Assembly (NCBI RefSeq): GCF_963921235.1
Contig: NC_086097.1
Span: 228,844,001 to 228,908,000 of the forward strand
DNA length: 64,000 bases
Reading direction: 5' to 3'
From: Mobula hypostoma
Lineage: Eukaryota
The stretch's first letter is position 1. Every line of letters begins with the position of its first letter. Of the stretch, positions 10,851 to 22,560 are shown in pieces. The notes beneath the pieces were generated by a model. That model worked only from the letters and a program-made list of their open reading frames with translations. It did no database searches and was not told where the DNA came from. The translations under genes and the position numbers were made by a program.

Positions 10851-13800
10851 ATTTGTACGGTGGCTTGAGCTCTCATATGCCCGTTCCTTCTTGAAAATTG
10901 AGTTCTCATGTTTGAGGAATGCTTCCAATTAAGTGTGATTGAATAACTGATGTGTATTTTGTTTCTCATTACAACCTCCCTGCAAAGGTTTTTGGGAATG
11001 GGGAATGGAGAATGTGTGCTTTCGATGTTGGAGAGGCTGCCAATCATGTGGGCCGCTTTGTCCTGGATGGTGCTGCGCTTGGTAAGGTCACAATAGCATA
11101 TTGATCAGGAGAAAAAAAATTAAAAACACAGAGCCAAGGGGAAAGTGGTGTAGGATCCTAATTTTTGTTGCTGGTAGGAAGCATAGACTATTGTTTGATG
11201 CTTATAACTGAAATTGTGTTCACTATAAATCTCCACAGCGCTCTCTGTGATTTATTGATTAAGTTAGGCGTATTTGGGAGGGAACATTATGAAGAAATTT
11301 GCAGCTAATACAATAGCACATTAAGTTTGATGAGATGAAATCTGTCAACAGAATGTTTAACTGGCCATGAGAGCAAAAAATGTGGCAAATAGGATTTAAT
11401 TCAGAGAAATGTGCAGTAATACACATGGGGAAAGCAATGAAGGCAAGGGGGTGCACAATAAATTGTAAGGATATTTTAAACAGTAACAGAACAGAGTGCA
11501 GTACATAGATCACTGAGGGTGATGGACAGTTTGACAATGATACTTAGTATTCTTCCCTTTATTGGGAGTGTGTGTACAGATATTTGTGAAGATATTGCCA
11601 GAATTGGAGAATTTTAGTCATGTGGTACACTTGACTATGTTGAGGCTGTTTCCTCTAGAATTTGACATACCAGGAGAGATTAGATCAAAATGTGACAAAT
11701 TATGACAGGTGTATTCAGGGTAAGTAGACAATAACAGAAAAATACAGCATACATATATACAAGATGTTGTTGCTGCTGACTCTCGCCCTGTTTGTAGATC
11801 CGAGTTTTTCAGCATTGATTCTAATTGCACCCTGGTCTACAAATAAATATCCTGCCTGTACTGAATGAGCAATTGTCTCAAGCGAGAGCTCAAACTTTAT
11901 TTCAAAATGATTAGTAATTAGATTTCTTTGGGAGCAGCCATATAATCATACTGAAAATGAACAGTGAATTTTGGCCTGAATTGTGAAGCATTCCAGCCAT
12001 GCATAATATATGTGACAGAATGGAATCAATACTTCACACAGCATACATTGAGAATACATGTTGCTACTACATTTTATATCCAGCATTTAATTTCAGAACA
12101 CTTCACAGTGAAGTTAACAGTGCTACAGTTGTTTGTTCATTTTGTATCAAGGAATCTAGTCAAATTTATATCAAATTTTCTAATGAGCGCTGTGATCAAG
12201 CATTAACTTTGCTCCTTCATCTCTAGGTGTTTGAGGGGTTTGCTTAAATTTTCCAACAAAAGCTATTTGCACATACAGTAATTTCCTTCCCAGCAAGCAT
12301 ATAGTAAATTGGCATGAAGTACACAATAATTAATTACTTTGAAGAAAACAGCTCATTGGTTTAACCAATTGAAATGAATAGCATATATTTAATTAACTAA
12401 TTATGTTTGTGAATCATATCTACAACCATAAATGAAATTTACTCCATATTGATAATTTGTGTCGTTTCAATCTTTAGTTTGTTTATGTATGTCCTAAGGA
12501 AGTCATGCTGTAAAAATGTTAAATAAATATAGGCAATCTAGCAGCTTATGGACTCTATATGATGCAAATGTTGTTATGCTATACAATGCTTCCAATAACT
12601 CATGGACATAAAATATCAGCATTCAGTGATTTGCTTGCACTAATATATTATTTCCAAATAGATTTATTTGTTGCTGTTGAATAATACAATTTTATAGATT
12701 CAGTCAGTCTTTCATTTAGCATTGCTCCAATTTTCATGGCCATGATTAAGTCGTAAGTCAACATTTTGCTGTGGTTGGCAGGAAACCATTCTTTAAACCA
12801 GAACTCCTATACCAGATCATAAAGCCTCATGCCCAGATTCACAGGCACTTCAGGGACACATACATACACTTGCTGCTCCCAGCTCTATTGAATCACTACT
12901 CCACCCACAATCTGCAGCAATGCAGCTAAAAATCCAGCTTTACATCTAGCATCGCACATTGGGTCATGCTTAATTGAATTACATTTTAATTTTTTTCTGT
13001 GTGTCTGAAATACTAACAGTGATGTTACTTATCAATAAATACCATTAATTTAATATTTAGTACCTGCATACTAACCAGTAAGAAAATCTTTTAGCACATC
13101 AGCAAGCTGGAAAATGCTAACATTTCCACCTTCAATGCAGATAGCATTATGAAATTAAATGCTGTGATGATAACCATACCAACTATTTTCCTTTAGATTA
13201 TGGAGGGTAGATAAAGAACTTAATGCAACACAGCATTTAAATCCATCGGGATGGTTTGCACGTTGGATAAAATGCAGATGGAATTTCTAAAAATACAGTT
13301 CAAATTCATTCTGGCTGGTCTGAAAGATGACATTAACCGCGTTTATCCCGTGTCCATTGCAATGGAAATTCAAGTGGACATTGGATAATCATATTCACAG
13401 TGGAAATAAAAGCAGCTATTGTTGGCAGAGCAGAGGAAACAGCTGAAGGCGATAATAGCAGTGGTGGTGGTGGGGTTGAAAGTGGCCATCCCCCCGACAT
13501 ACTTTGAAACCCAGGAATAAGTAAATTATTCCTGGATTTCGCATTAAATTATAACCACCACTTATAAATAGGTTCGATTTTGATCAAAAGTACGGTGAAT
13601 GCTTTATAGTAAACGACGTGTTAAAAAGCTCAAAGAAAGCTCTATCTAGCTTTTCGTCCCCCTGGCTCCACCAATAGAAGAAAGGTGGAGCCAGTGAAAC
13701 AAACGATCTGAAACTAGGAGAACTCTCCCCACATCCATATACCAATTATTAAAGAACACCGGAGCTCAAAATTTGCCAGGACTTTCTATTTGCCACCTGC

Positions 13801-14138
13801 CATCACACACGAGAGTTTCCTGTTCATTTACCTGTGCTTTAAGTCCGCTGACACCACTTTTTTAATGATAAAAGTAAATTAGCTGGATGAACGTCTTGTT
13901 TCGAGTGTATGCCAACAGTTTTCAATTTAAGAGGGTGCAAATAAGAACCACATAGCAACTATTGCCCTATTCACTATGCGTTCAATGAAATCCAAAATGG
14001 TTCTTTTGAGTTGAATTTAAAGCGGAATGTAATATTTGTGAGGGCGTGACCGGCGCCCCCTCCCCCTCTCCCTCTCCCCAGTAGTGTTTGAACATTGAAG
14101 TAAAGCTATTGAACATGTCCGATTGTCCGCAGATGCGG

Positions 14139-14159
14139 TTCAGCACCATGGACAGCACC
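14139..14159 (+). promoter_or_regulatory. RE1/NRSE (REST-binding silencer element)
   Basis: TTCAGCACCATGGACAGCACC matches the consensus TTCAGCACCACGGACAGCGCC at 19/21 positions and ends 425 bp upstream of the STMN2 ATG. SCG10/STMN2 is a classic REST target. Confidence 0.92.
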
Positions 14160-14280
14160 AAACAAGCGTGCTGGAAAAGAACAGAGTACAAATCCCAGAT
14201 ATTATAAAACCTGCTGCTTCCAAAATATTAATTATTAATGTCAAACATTGAGCATATAGTACGGGATGTGCCATTCGAAA

Positions 14281-14583
14281 AAGAGGGGTGAGCCAATATT
14301 GATTTGAATTTCAAACTGTCTACTAGCACTTTGTACTTTAGCATCATTGGTGGATCAATATTTAATGCCTGGAGATCCAGAGAATGCACCAGTCATGTCA
14401 AGGGACCTCTTCAGCCAATCTGCTTTGCTTGGCAGGTGATTATTATTCATAGAAGTCTGCCTGTATTCTTTCCCTTCCAGAGCTCCACACTGCTGACTCA
14501 GTGCCTTATTCAGTTATCTTTCTCTACGCTGCTGTTGCTGGACCCTTTTCCCTTCCAGCCTCTAAGTATTTGCTTCCTCCACC
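14281..14583 (+). promoter_or_regulatory. STMN2: STMN2 proximal promoter / 5' UTR
   Basis: CCAAT boxes at 14293, 14346 (reverse) and 14415. AP-1/MARE-like TGCTGACTCAG at 14491-14501. Pyrimidine-rich leader and Kozak-like CCACCATG. TSS cannot be placed from sequence alone. Confidence 0.75.
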
Positions 14584-14602
14584 ATGTCTAAAACAGCAAT
14601 CG
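14584..14602 (+). CDS. STMN2: Stathmin-2 coding exon 1 (MSKTAI + G)
   Basis: CCACC-ATG TCT AAA ACA GCA ATC G|gtaaga. The 19 coding nt and phase-1 donor match exon 2. Resembles human MAKTAMA. Confidence 0.9.
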
Positions 14603-17600
14603 GTAAGAATTTCTCACTTTTCTACTACACGGTGAATTTCTTCAGCAGAAAATACAGTGTATTCGAATATAATGATTTGGGGCTTTTTTCACATATACGT
14701 ATGTATGCGTGTGGTTCCCTGTGTTGATTATGTACTTCATTTACGCTAGTATTTGTTAAGATATATAGTTTATTAAATCGATTAATGGTTAACTGTAAAG
14801 TCTATTGGCAGTTTTCTTCACTGAAATATTCGGTCCATTAATAACTGCAATTCATTCAGAATTACCCAGCCCAGAAATGGGAGTAGCACTTCAGAAATTA
14901 CTGAAATTAGTTTTATAATTTGCAATCAGTAGTAACTAGTGTAGGGGTAAATGAACCCTTATCCCCAAGACTAGCCCACTTGGAAGCTCGGTTAGATGAT
15001 AGATCGTGGGCTAACAAAAGATAGCAACCTTATACTTTCTTTAATTCTTTTGTATAATTGGTTACGTTCTTTAAAGGGCAGTGTAAGCCCTGAAATCTTC
15101 GGGAAATGTAAATGCTTTTGCAGTGGTATGCTTGTTCGGGATTTTTTTCTCTCTGACTGGACACAGCACAATGCAGACAGACCCCACCCATATAGCTGTT
15201 CTTTCAGCATTCAGGAACAATCTGGAATTCGTCAGCTTTTCAGTTTATGTGACCCGATTGAGATTGCTGGTAAAAACAAAATGGACAATTTTACAGATGG
15301 ATATTTACTAAATAAGATACAAATTTCTAGTAGGCAGCCTTTTAAAAGTCATTTTATCCTTAAATGAACGAGTCTGCAGAATTACAGCCGATCACCATTT
15401 AATGAATGGGACACCATTAAGACAATGATTAAATAAGTGAACTGCTCAGATCCTGTGAAATTCACGACAGGCTACGTCTTAAAACTAGCAGGGGAAAAAA
15501 GATGAAGAGATATATAAGGAATCAATCAGCTGCTAATTATAATTTTGGCCCCATTATTAAATACTACCATCTGGGAGTTTTAATAATATCTTCAATTAGT
15601 TCCCTCTTCAGACACAGATGTTCAGTTAGCGTGGACCAAAGAACAGAAGAAATTTGTATGTAAATGAAATGTAGAATGAATAGTGAGGAAGAAGGTGGGA
15701 AGGGCGTGGCGCTCATTCTAAAACAGAGCTCAATGCAAATACACGGAGACTAAACTCTGGGAGAGCAGCCAGCCCTGCAGTGCTTACAGCAGTGATCCCT
15801 CCCCACTGCACCAATCTGGTAATCAGTATTGATAATTTGTAGTTGGTGAAAGACTGATCTCTGCAGACACCCTTATTAAGAATTCTGTTGCCATGGAAAG
15901 CTCTTTGACTGATTAATGAACAGCTTCTACATGGCAAACTGCAGATTCAGTTAAGGATGGGGCTGCTGGGATTAGTAGTTCAAAAGGGCCACTGATGGGA
16001 ATCAAAGTTCAGGTTAGCAGAACCCTCAGACAGGCTCTGGATTTGAATGGGCAAAGCAAGTCTCAGATGGTGTCCAGGAGAAAAACAGATCAGAATTATA
16101 CCATTAGTGTGTATAATATTTACATCAATAATGGTTTGTGTATTGTTTCCATCATTATTACAGGCACGTTTGCACTGGAACAAAATCTTCCTCCCACATG
16201 TCTGTATAAAATATTATTTTCTCTGGTAGTCTTTTATCTTTTGAATTTCAAGGAAATCAGTTAATTTTACTGTTCCTGTTCATATTGTTTTAACATATTT
16301 TGCATCTATCATTTTCAGTTTATTCTCACCATAAAATATATAAACTCAAAATATATGATGTTGTACTCTCACAAACTCACCTCCTTAACAAATTGATTCC
16401 TAACATTGATTAAAATGTACATCTCCCAAATTAATTGTGTTTTAAAAGCAATTATAACACAGTTTGCTGAATACCTCCATTTGATGATTTACCTCCATTA
16501 TTACCCTGCCCAACCCTCTTGCATGTTATCATTTACTAGAAAAGCAAAGTGGTCCGGGTCAGTAACCACTGACTTGCCATTTCGTGACTAGCCACCAAGC
16601 AGAGCAGTTCAAAGCAAATTACCCTTAACTCATTCAAGACAGCGCCCCATGCTTCTACATGGTGTTCATTCTTTTATACTGGCTGGAATTGACAATGTTT
16701 GCCTAGCTCTTTGAGGTTTCAAATAGTAGGCAGGGTTCGTACTAAGATGCATTTGTTTTCTGATTGGGTGTCAATCACTAGTATAAACTGAAATCTGATT
16801 TTACAAAACATTTTAGGGAAAAATTCTTGTTAATCATTTTACATTTGGTAATCTCTTTTTAAACGAGTATGACCTTGAAAAGAGGTCATTGTAGGTAAGT
16901 GTAGGTAAGTCAGAATTCATTTCAATCCTCACCTCCCAAATTTCTTTCCCCACTTCTGTTGCTTAAGATACTATGAAAATCAAAATCCATCTTGAGATAA
17001 TTTATATTAATTAATTCACATGTCATTATTAATAGTAAGGAGGAATTGGATTCCGCCTGATGGCCTTCAATTCAAAAGCAAAATTGAATAATTTATTTTA
17101 ATGAAATAAATAAAAGACAAATTGCTTGGACATAGTACTGGAATATTAACACCTTGAATACTAATTGAAAACAATGTAAATATCCAAAAGCAATATCTAC
17201 CTTCAAATTTTGGATTTCAAGATAGTTTCTCATAGATTGATAATTATTCATGCAATTCTGTTCTTTGTGTATTAGTACCTTTCAGAATGTGTGAATCCAT
17301 ATGTATGTGTGTCCATGTAGTCCTAATTGTTTCCATGCTAACATTCTTCCATTCCAATATGGTTGACTCTTATCTGCCTTTTGGCTTCAGCGAGACAATG
17401 AATTGCATAAAACTCACTCATTCAATGGTGAGAAAGCCTCCTCACTACATTTCCAAAATTTATGAGGTATTAAATACAGAAATATATATTTGCCACTAAT
17501 GTTCAAATGAACTTACCAGTCTTCCTTTGCTTTAATGTTCCTTATCATCAAACTACAGTGTGGCAGTAGCTATGAATCATATTCCAGTGACATATCGACA

Positions 17601-19110
17601 TCCTGGAGATACCATAAATCACTTTTTTAACAAGCATACTAGTACCTGTAGATAGACAAATGATTTTGCTCAATGAATTTTCATTGGAACTAGGGCCTTT
17701 AGTCTGTCAAAATACTCCAAGGATTTTCACAGTAGTAGACCCAACTCAAACAGGAACATCAAGGCAATAAGGTAGAAGAGATAGTGTGTCTGAAGCAGTA
17801 GTTAATTTGTTGCATATCTTTTGAAAGAATTCTTTTGAAAATGTTCTAACTAGAATAGTTCTAAAAGAAGGATCTGAAAATGGGGACAAGGGAAATGAAG
17901 AGAGAACTTGGTCACTTGTATTAAATGTATAGTGTTGGCTGTGTATTTGTCCCTGCATCCAAAATATAGTTTATTACCTTCAGAGAATTTTAACTTTCTT
18001 AAAAGTAACATAGTGATAATGAATTTTATACCAAGGTGAATTATATTTGTATGATAGAACCAGAAAGCTCTGCTTTCAACTTATAAATGTGCCATTTAGA
18101 ACTATTTGTCATTAAAATGATTGTGGTACAATGTATCCCTTTGCTAGCCTGGTGGATATGCATTGCATGTTGTGGTACCATTTCATAGTGACTAGCTATG
18201 ATGTAATAGCACTAGAGCATAATCTCCAGCGAGATTGTTTCCAGAAAGCTTGGAAACAACTAACCTGAGCATTAGTTTTCTTTTGCTTCTCTTGAAAATT
18301 TTTCTTTATAATAGAAGGCAATGACTAATCAAACATCAGGCATCATGCATGGTCAGTGGAACTGTGTGCCCTCCAGCTAACACAGGAAGATGGCGACAAA
18401 GAATGTTTGAAGTCAAGATACAATGAAAGTTTTGTAGACTACGAACAGTCAGAACTGATGCCACTGTTGGAAAATGCGGTCCAAGTGGAAAATACATGCT
18501 CATACCCATGGGCCTGAATGCATCCCTTTCCCTGTGTCACATTGTCCGATGGTTACATGACATGCTAACACTCCCAGACTTGAAATGGGGCTCTTGGCAT
18601 CACTAAGAAGCACAATTTTTATCTAGCCGTCCTTAGAAAGTGATGTGGTTCAAATTAGTAAGAGTGCTTTTCTTATGTTAGATTTTGCCTTACTGTAATT
18701 TTTTTCATTTGCTTGCCAGTAATGAAATAGTAAAATGGGCCCAAAATGGTGGAATACCATTTAACCACTCAGCTTTTAGGCCTTGGTCTTGTACCTGAGG
18801 TTTCCAATGTTCACAAACCACAGTCCTTAAGGGGTAAGAAATAAAACCAACTCACCTGCACTTCCCTGAATCAGCAGACTGCAGAATGGCGCAGCGTGTG
18901 CTGACTACTGCATTTTCCTCCCCTCATTCCTGGCTTCAAATTAACATTGCACAGCACACAAGATGGAGAATTATTTCAAAAGCAAGCTCAAAAGAGTCTT
19001 GTCAGCAAAAAAAAATTGTGATTAATATGTAAAGCTAAGGTGCTGAATCATCAAATTTTTAAAACTTTTCGCATTGGGATTATGCTGTTAATGTCAACTG
19101 TCCCTGTCTG

Positions 19111-19345
19111 AACACAAGAGATTCTGCAGATGTGAAAAATCCTGAGTAAAAAGTACAAGATACTGGAAGAATTCAGCAGGTCAAGCAGCAACTATGAAGA
19201 AGAATAAACATTCGACATTTTGGTCCAAGACCCTTCATCAGAATGCATCAGGTCCTGATGAAAATTCTTGACCCGAAACGTCAAATGTTTATTCCTCTCC
19301 ATTGATGCTGCCTGATTTGATGAGTTCCTCTAGCATCTGTGCATG
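19111..19345. mobile_element. Penelope-like inverted-repeat (hairpin) insertion
   Basis: AACACAAGAGATTCTGCAGATG...CCCTTCATCAG, then the mirrored CCTGATGAA...CCCGAAACGTC...GATGCTGCCTGA..GAGTTCCTCTAGCAT. Confidence 0.8.
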
Positions 19346-20770
19346 CGTTTGTCTGTTGGTCATTTTGCTGGGATTTATTGCAAAGTAATAGTCAGTTAAT
19401 CCATCATTTTCCCAGAATGAAGGGAGTATAACATTGTGTGTCGTGCATTTTCTTATTGCTGTATCCTATTTTGTTCTCATTATCTGGTTTCATAAGGATG
19501 GGGGTGAGGAAATCAATAAGTGGGCATAGATTATTGACAAACCCATCAGTAAACAGGTTCAAAAAGTCTGCTGCACTGCAGAAGTGTTAATATATAGGCC
19601 ATCTGTTGATTCTCCAGAGCAAGCACTAACATGGAAGGTGGTATTGCAAGGAGTTTATAGAGATACTGTATGCAGGGTGGCTACTATAATACCATTCTCC
19701 TATGCATTGTGTAGAGTGATAGCATCATTTTGAAAATGTTGCTATATTAATCTTCCTGTAACATAAGGAACCTGTCACCATTTATCATTATTGAGGCTGT
19801 CTGACACTGTTTCATTCCAGGGGATCACTAGTCTGTTGGCGTCAGTCTGCTTTCTGAAGTTGCCATTGTCCTCCCCTATTCTGGTATTGCCACTCTCTGA
19901 TCTGGTCAACCACTCCCTCTCTGTCGTGTGCTTGTCATCATTTTCCATCCGGAGTGCCTTGGTTCTCCACGTGTGGAGATGCCATCTTGCAGTTGCACCT
20001 CTGTCCATCATAAGTTGCCACCATGCTTCAACCTGGGGTGTCATCGATCTTGTGCCTGCTGTCTCCTTCAATCATGGGATTGCCATTCCTCTGTTCATCC
20101 TGAGGATGCCACCATTCTCCATCCCGAGGATGCCTCTTCCTTTCTTGGGATGCTGTCCAGAGAATATTGTGTCTTTCCATTTTTTTGACAAGTTACCACT
20201 CTCCATGCCAAGAATTCCATCATTCTCCATTCTAAGAGCGCAAGTGTTTTCCTTTCAAGTGATGCCGTGTCTCTCCTAAGTGTACGATCGCAAATAGAGG
20301 AAGCTGAGAGAAAACGTATTTCGAAGTCACCAGACGCTCCCATTGAGCAGACAGTGACTAATACCAACTTCCAGAATGACATTTAAATTTAAGTACTCTA
20401 AAGAAAGAGGGGTGTTTTTGCACTGCTTTCTATTACAAGAACAAGAGAGAAGGCTTTGTGTACAGTCATTATTTTCTAAATGAATTATCACTGCTGCTTT
20501 GGCAATTGCAGCTGCCAGTTTCCACTCAAAAATATCACAAGAGCAAACCTTTGTTTTCATGATGTTTATAGAGCAATGTAAGCTCGGGCACCAGGCCTGT
20601 TTATTGAAAGCTGTTGTATCATTAATGCTTCACCTTTGTAGGCAGATTAGGAACTAGTTGCAATTTTGTTTGAAAGACAGCATCTCTAACAACACACTTT
20701 CCAACTGAATTTTCACCCTAGGTTAGATTGTCAGGAGCTGGAGTGAAGTAACCGAACCTGTATAACCTTC

Positions 20771-20898
20771 AGATCCTGATGGAGAGTCTCAGCCCAAAAC
20801 ATCATCTCTCTATTCCTTTCCGTAGATGCTGCATGACTTGCTGAGTTCCTCCAACGTTTTGTGGTGTTACTTTGGATTTCCTGCAGAATCTCTTGTGT
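20771..20898 (+). mobile_element. Penelope-like terminal fragment
   Basis: CCTGATGGAGAGTCTCAGCCCAAAACATC...AGATGCTGC..GCTGAGTTCCTCCA...CTGCAGAATCTCTTGTGT. Confidence 0.75.
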
Positions 20899-21714
20899 AA
20901 GGTGCCCCGCCGAAACCGTACCCTGCAAAAAAGTAAACAAGAGCAGTTTAGTATTGTTGCATCTGACTAATTGGTAATCACCCCTTCTAGAAACTTACTT
21001 TATTTTATGTAATATTTACTATCTGGTAAACAGCAGCTTGAAAAACCAAAGTAATGCTTCAGTATTTGATAGCTTTTTAATTTGCATTAAAATCTAATTT
21101 AATATGGGTTTATTATGAGAGAGAAATTCCCTTATATTCATTCTAATAATTTGATAGAGCTGCCAGGCAGCTTAATTGAATAATCTCTAAAAACTGACAC
21201 GAAGCCCAGAATGCAGAAGTATTCCATGTATGCAAGACAGCCAGTTCATCAGTGATTCTACCACAGTCATAAAAAAAAAATGGTTTCTGCCTCCAGCCAA
21301 AATGGAGAAACAGCAGGGGAACAACACCTCACATAGCAACCGTCAGTTAAAACCAGCCCCCACTGCTTTAAGTTAGCTTGAGCAATTTATTCAGATGGTG
21401 TTTATGACTGGATCAGTTACTGGATTTTAGATACTGCAATGGGTGGTTTAGCAGTGGCGATGCAAACAAGTGTCCTATAGCCACAGGGCACTGAGTTCTT
21501 CAAGACACACAGTCAAACACCAATGGGAACAGGCAACTGTGCAGGTCAGTATCTATGATCACCTTTGAGGACCAGAGGCACCGTTTAGTTAGAAATGCAA
21601 TGACCTGACATGAATTGTCAGGGTCAGTGAACGCATGTTCACCTGTTCATATTCTACCACCTGAACATTAGTCTTAGCCACACTTCGCCACACACCGTTC
21701 ATTTATACAAAAAA

Positions 21715-22012
21715 AATAGCTTTATTTGTCACAGGAACTTCTAAGTGTCCAGTGAAATGTGTCATTTTGTGGTAAATCAAATCAATGAGGATTGTACTGG
21801 GCAGCCCACAAGTGTTGTCATAAATAGCATGTTCATAACTCACTGACCCTAAACGTACGTCTTTAGAATTTGGGAGGAAACTGGAGCCTCTGGAGGAAAC
21901 TGACACAGTCACGGGAAGAACACACAAACTCCTTACAGACAGCGGTGGGTATTGAATCCCGATTAGTGATCACGGGCATTGTAGCAGCATTATACTAACC
22001 GCTATATTATTG
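21715..22012 (-). mobile_element. tRNA-derived SINE (HE1/V-type)
   Basis: Reverse-strand V core (GGAGGAAACTGGAGC..GGAGGAAAC..CACGGGAAGAAC) and B-box (TTGAATCCC on +). Confidence 0.75.
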
Positions 22013-22194
22013 AATCTCTATCAGTCTGTACTCATCCTCATGCTCCTCTAATCGTCCTCATTTTCGTACTCTTGCCACTGTTGAAAGTCTCATACCCACA
22101 TTTCAACAACAGTCCAAAGTGCTACAGCTGTCTCCCTCTTGCAGAAGAACACGGAGCACAAGCGGACGATATACAGATGTGCTCCCAGAAGGTA

Positions 22195-22537
22195 TCATCA
22201 TCATCGTCATGTGCCATGTCATATGTCTTTGACTGCTCTTGGCAAATTCTTCCACAGAAATAGTTTGCCATTGCTTTCTTCTGGGCAGTGTCTGGTCTGC
22301 CATTATTAATACTCTTCAGAATCGGTCTGCCTGGCATCAGTGGTCACATAACCAGGCTTGGGATATTCACCAGTGGCTCATATGACCATCCACCCCTTGC
22401 TCCCCTGGTTTTACGTGATCCTGATCACAGGGCTAAGCAGGTGCTGCACCTCGCCCAAGGGTGGCCTGCAGGCTAGCGGATGAGTGAAACCCTTGACACC
22501 TCACATGGTAGAGATGTATCTCCACCACGCCACCCCA
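22195..22537 (-). mobile_element. Short RTE-related retroposon with (GAT)n tail
   Basis: (ATC)n tail at 22195-22210 followed by CTTGGCAAATTCTTCCACAGAA..GTTTGCCATTGC, which resembles RTE-type 3' ends (from memory). Confidence 0.5.
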
Positions 22538-22560
22538 GGAGCAGATAACACACCCCAGTG

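Noticed and set aside
21601..21626. TGACCTGACA..TGTCAGGGTCA imperfect palindrome
   Set aside because: Short and imperfect with no supporting context; likely chance.
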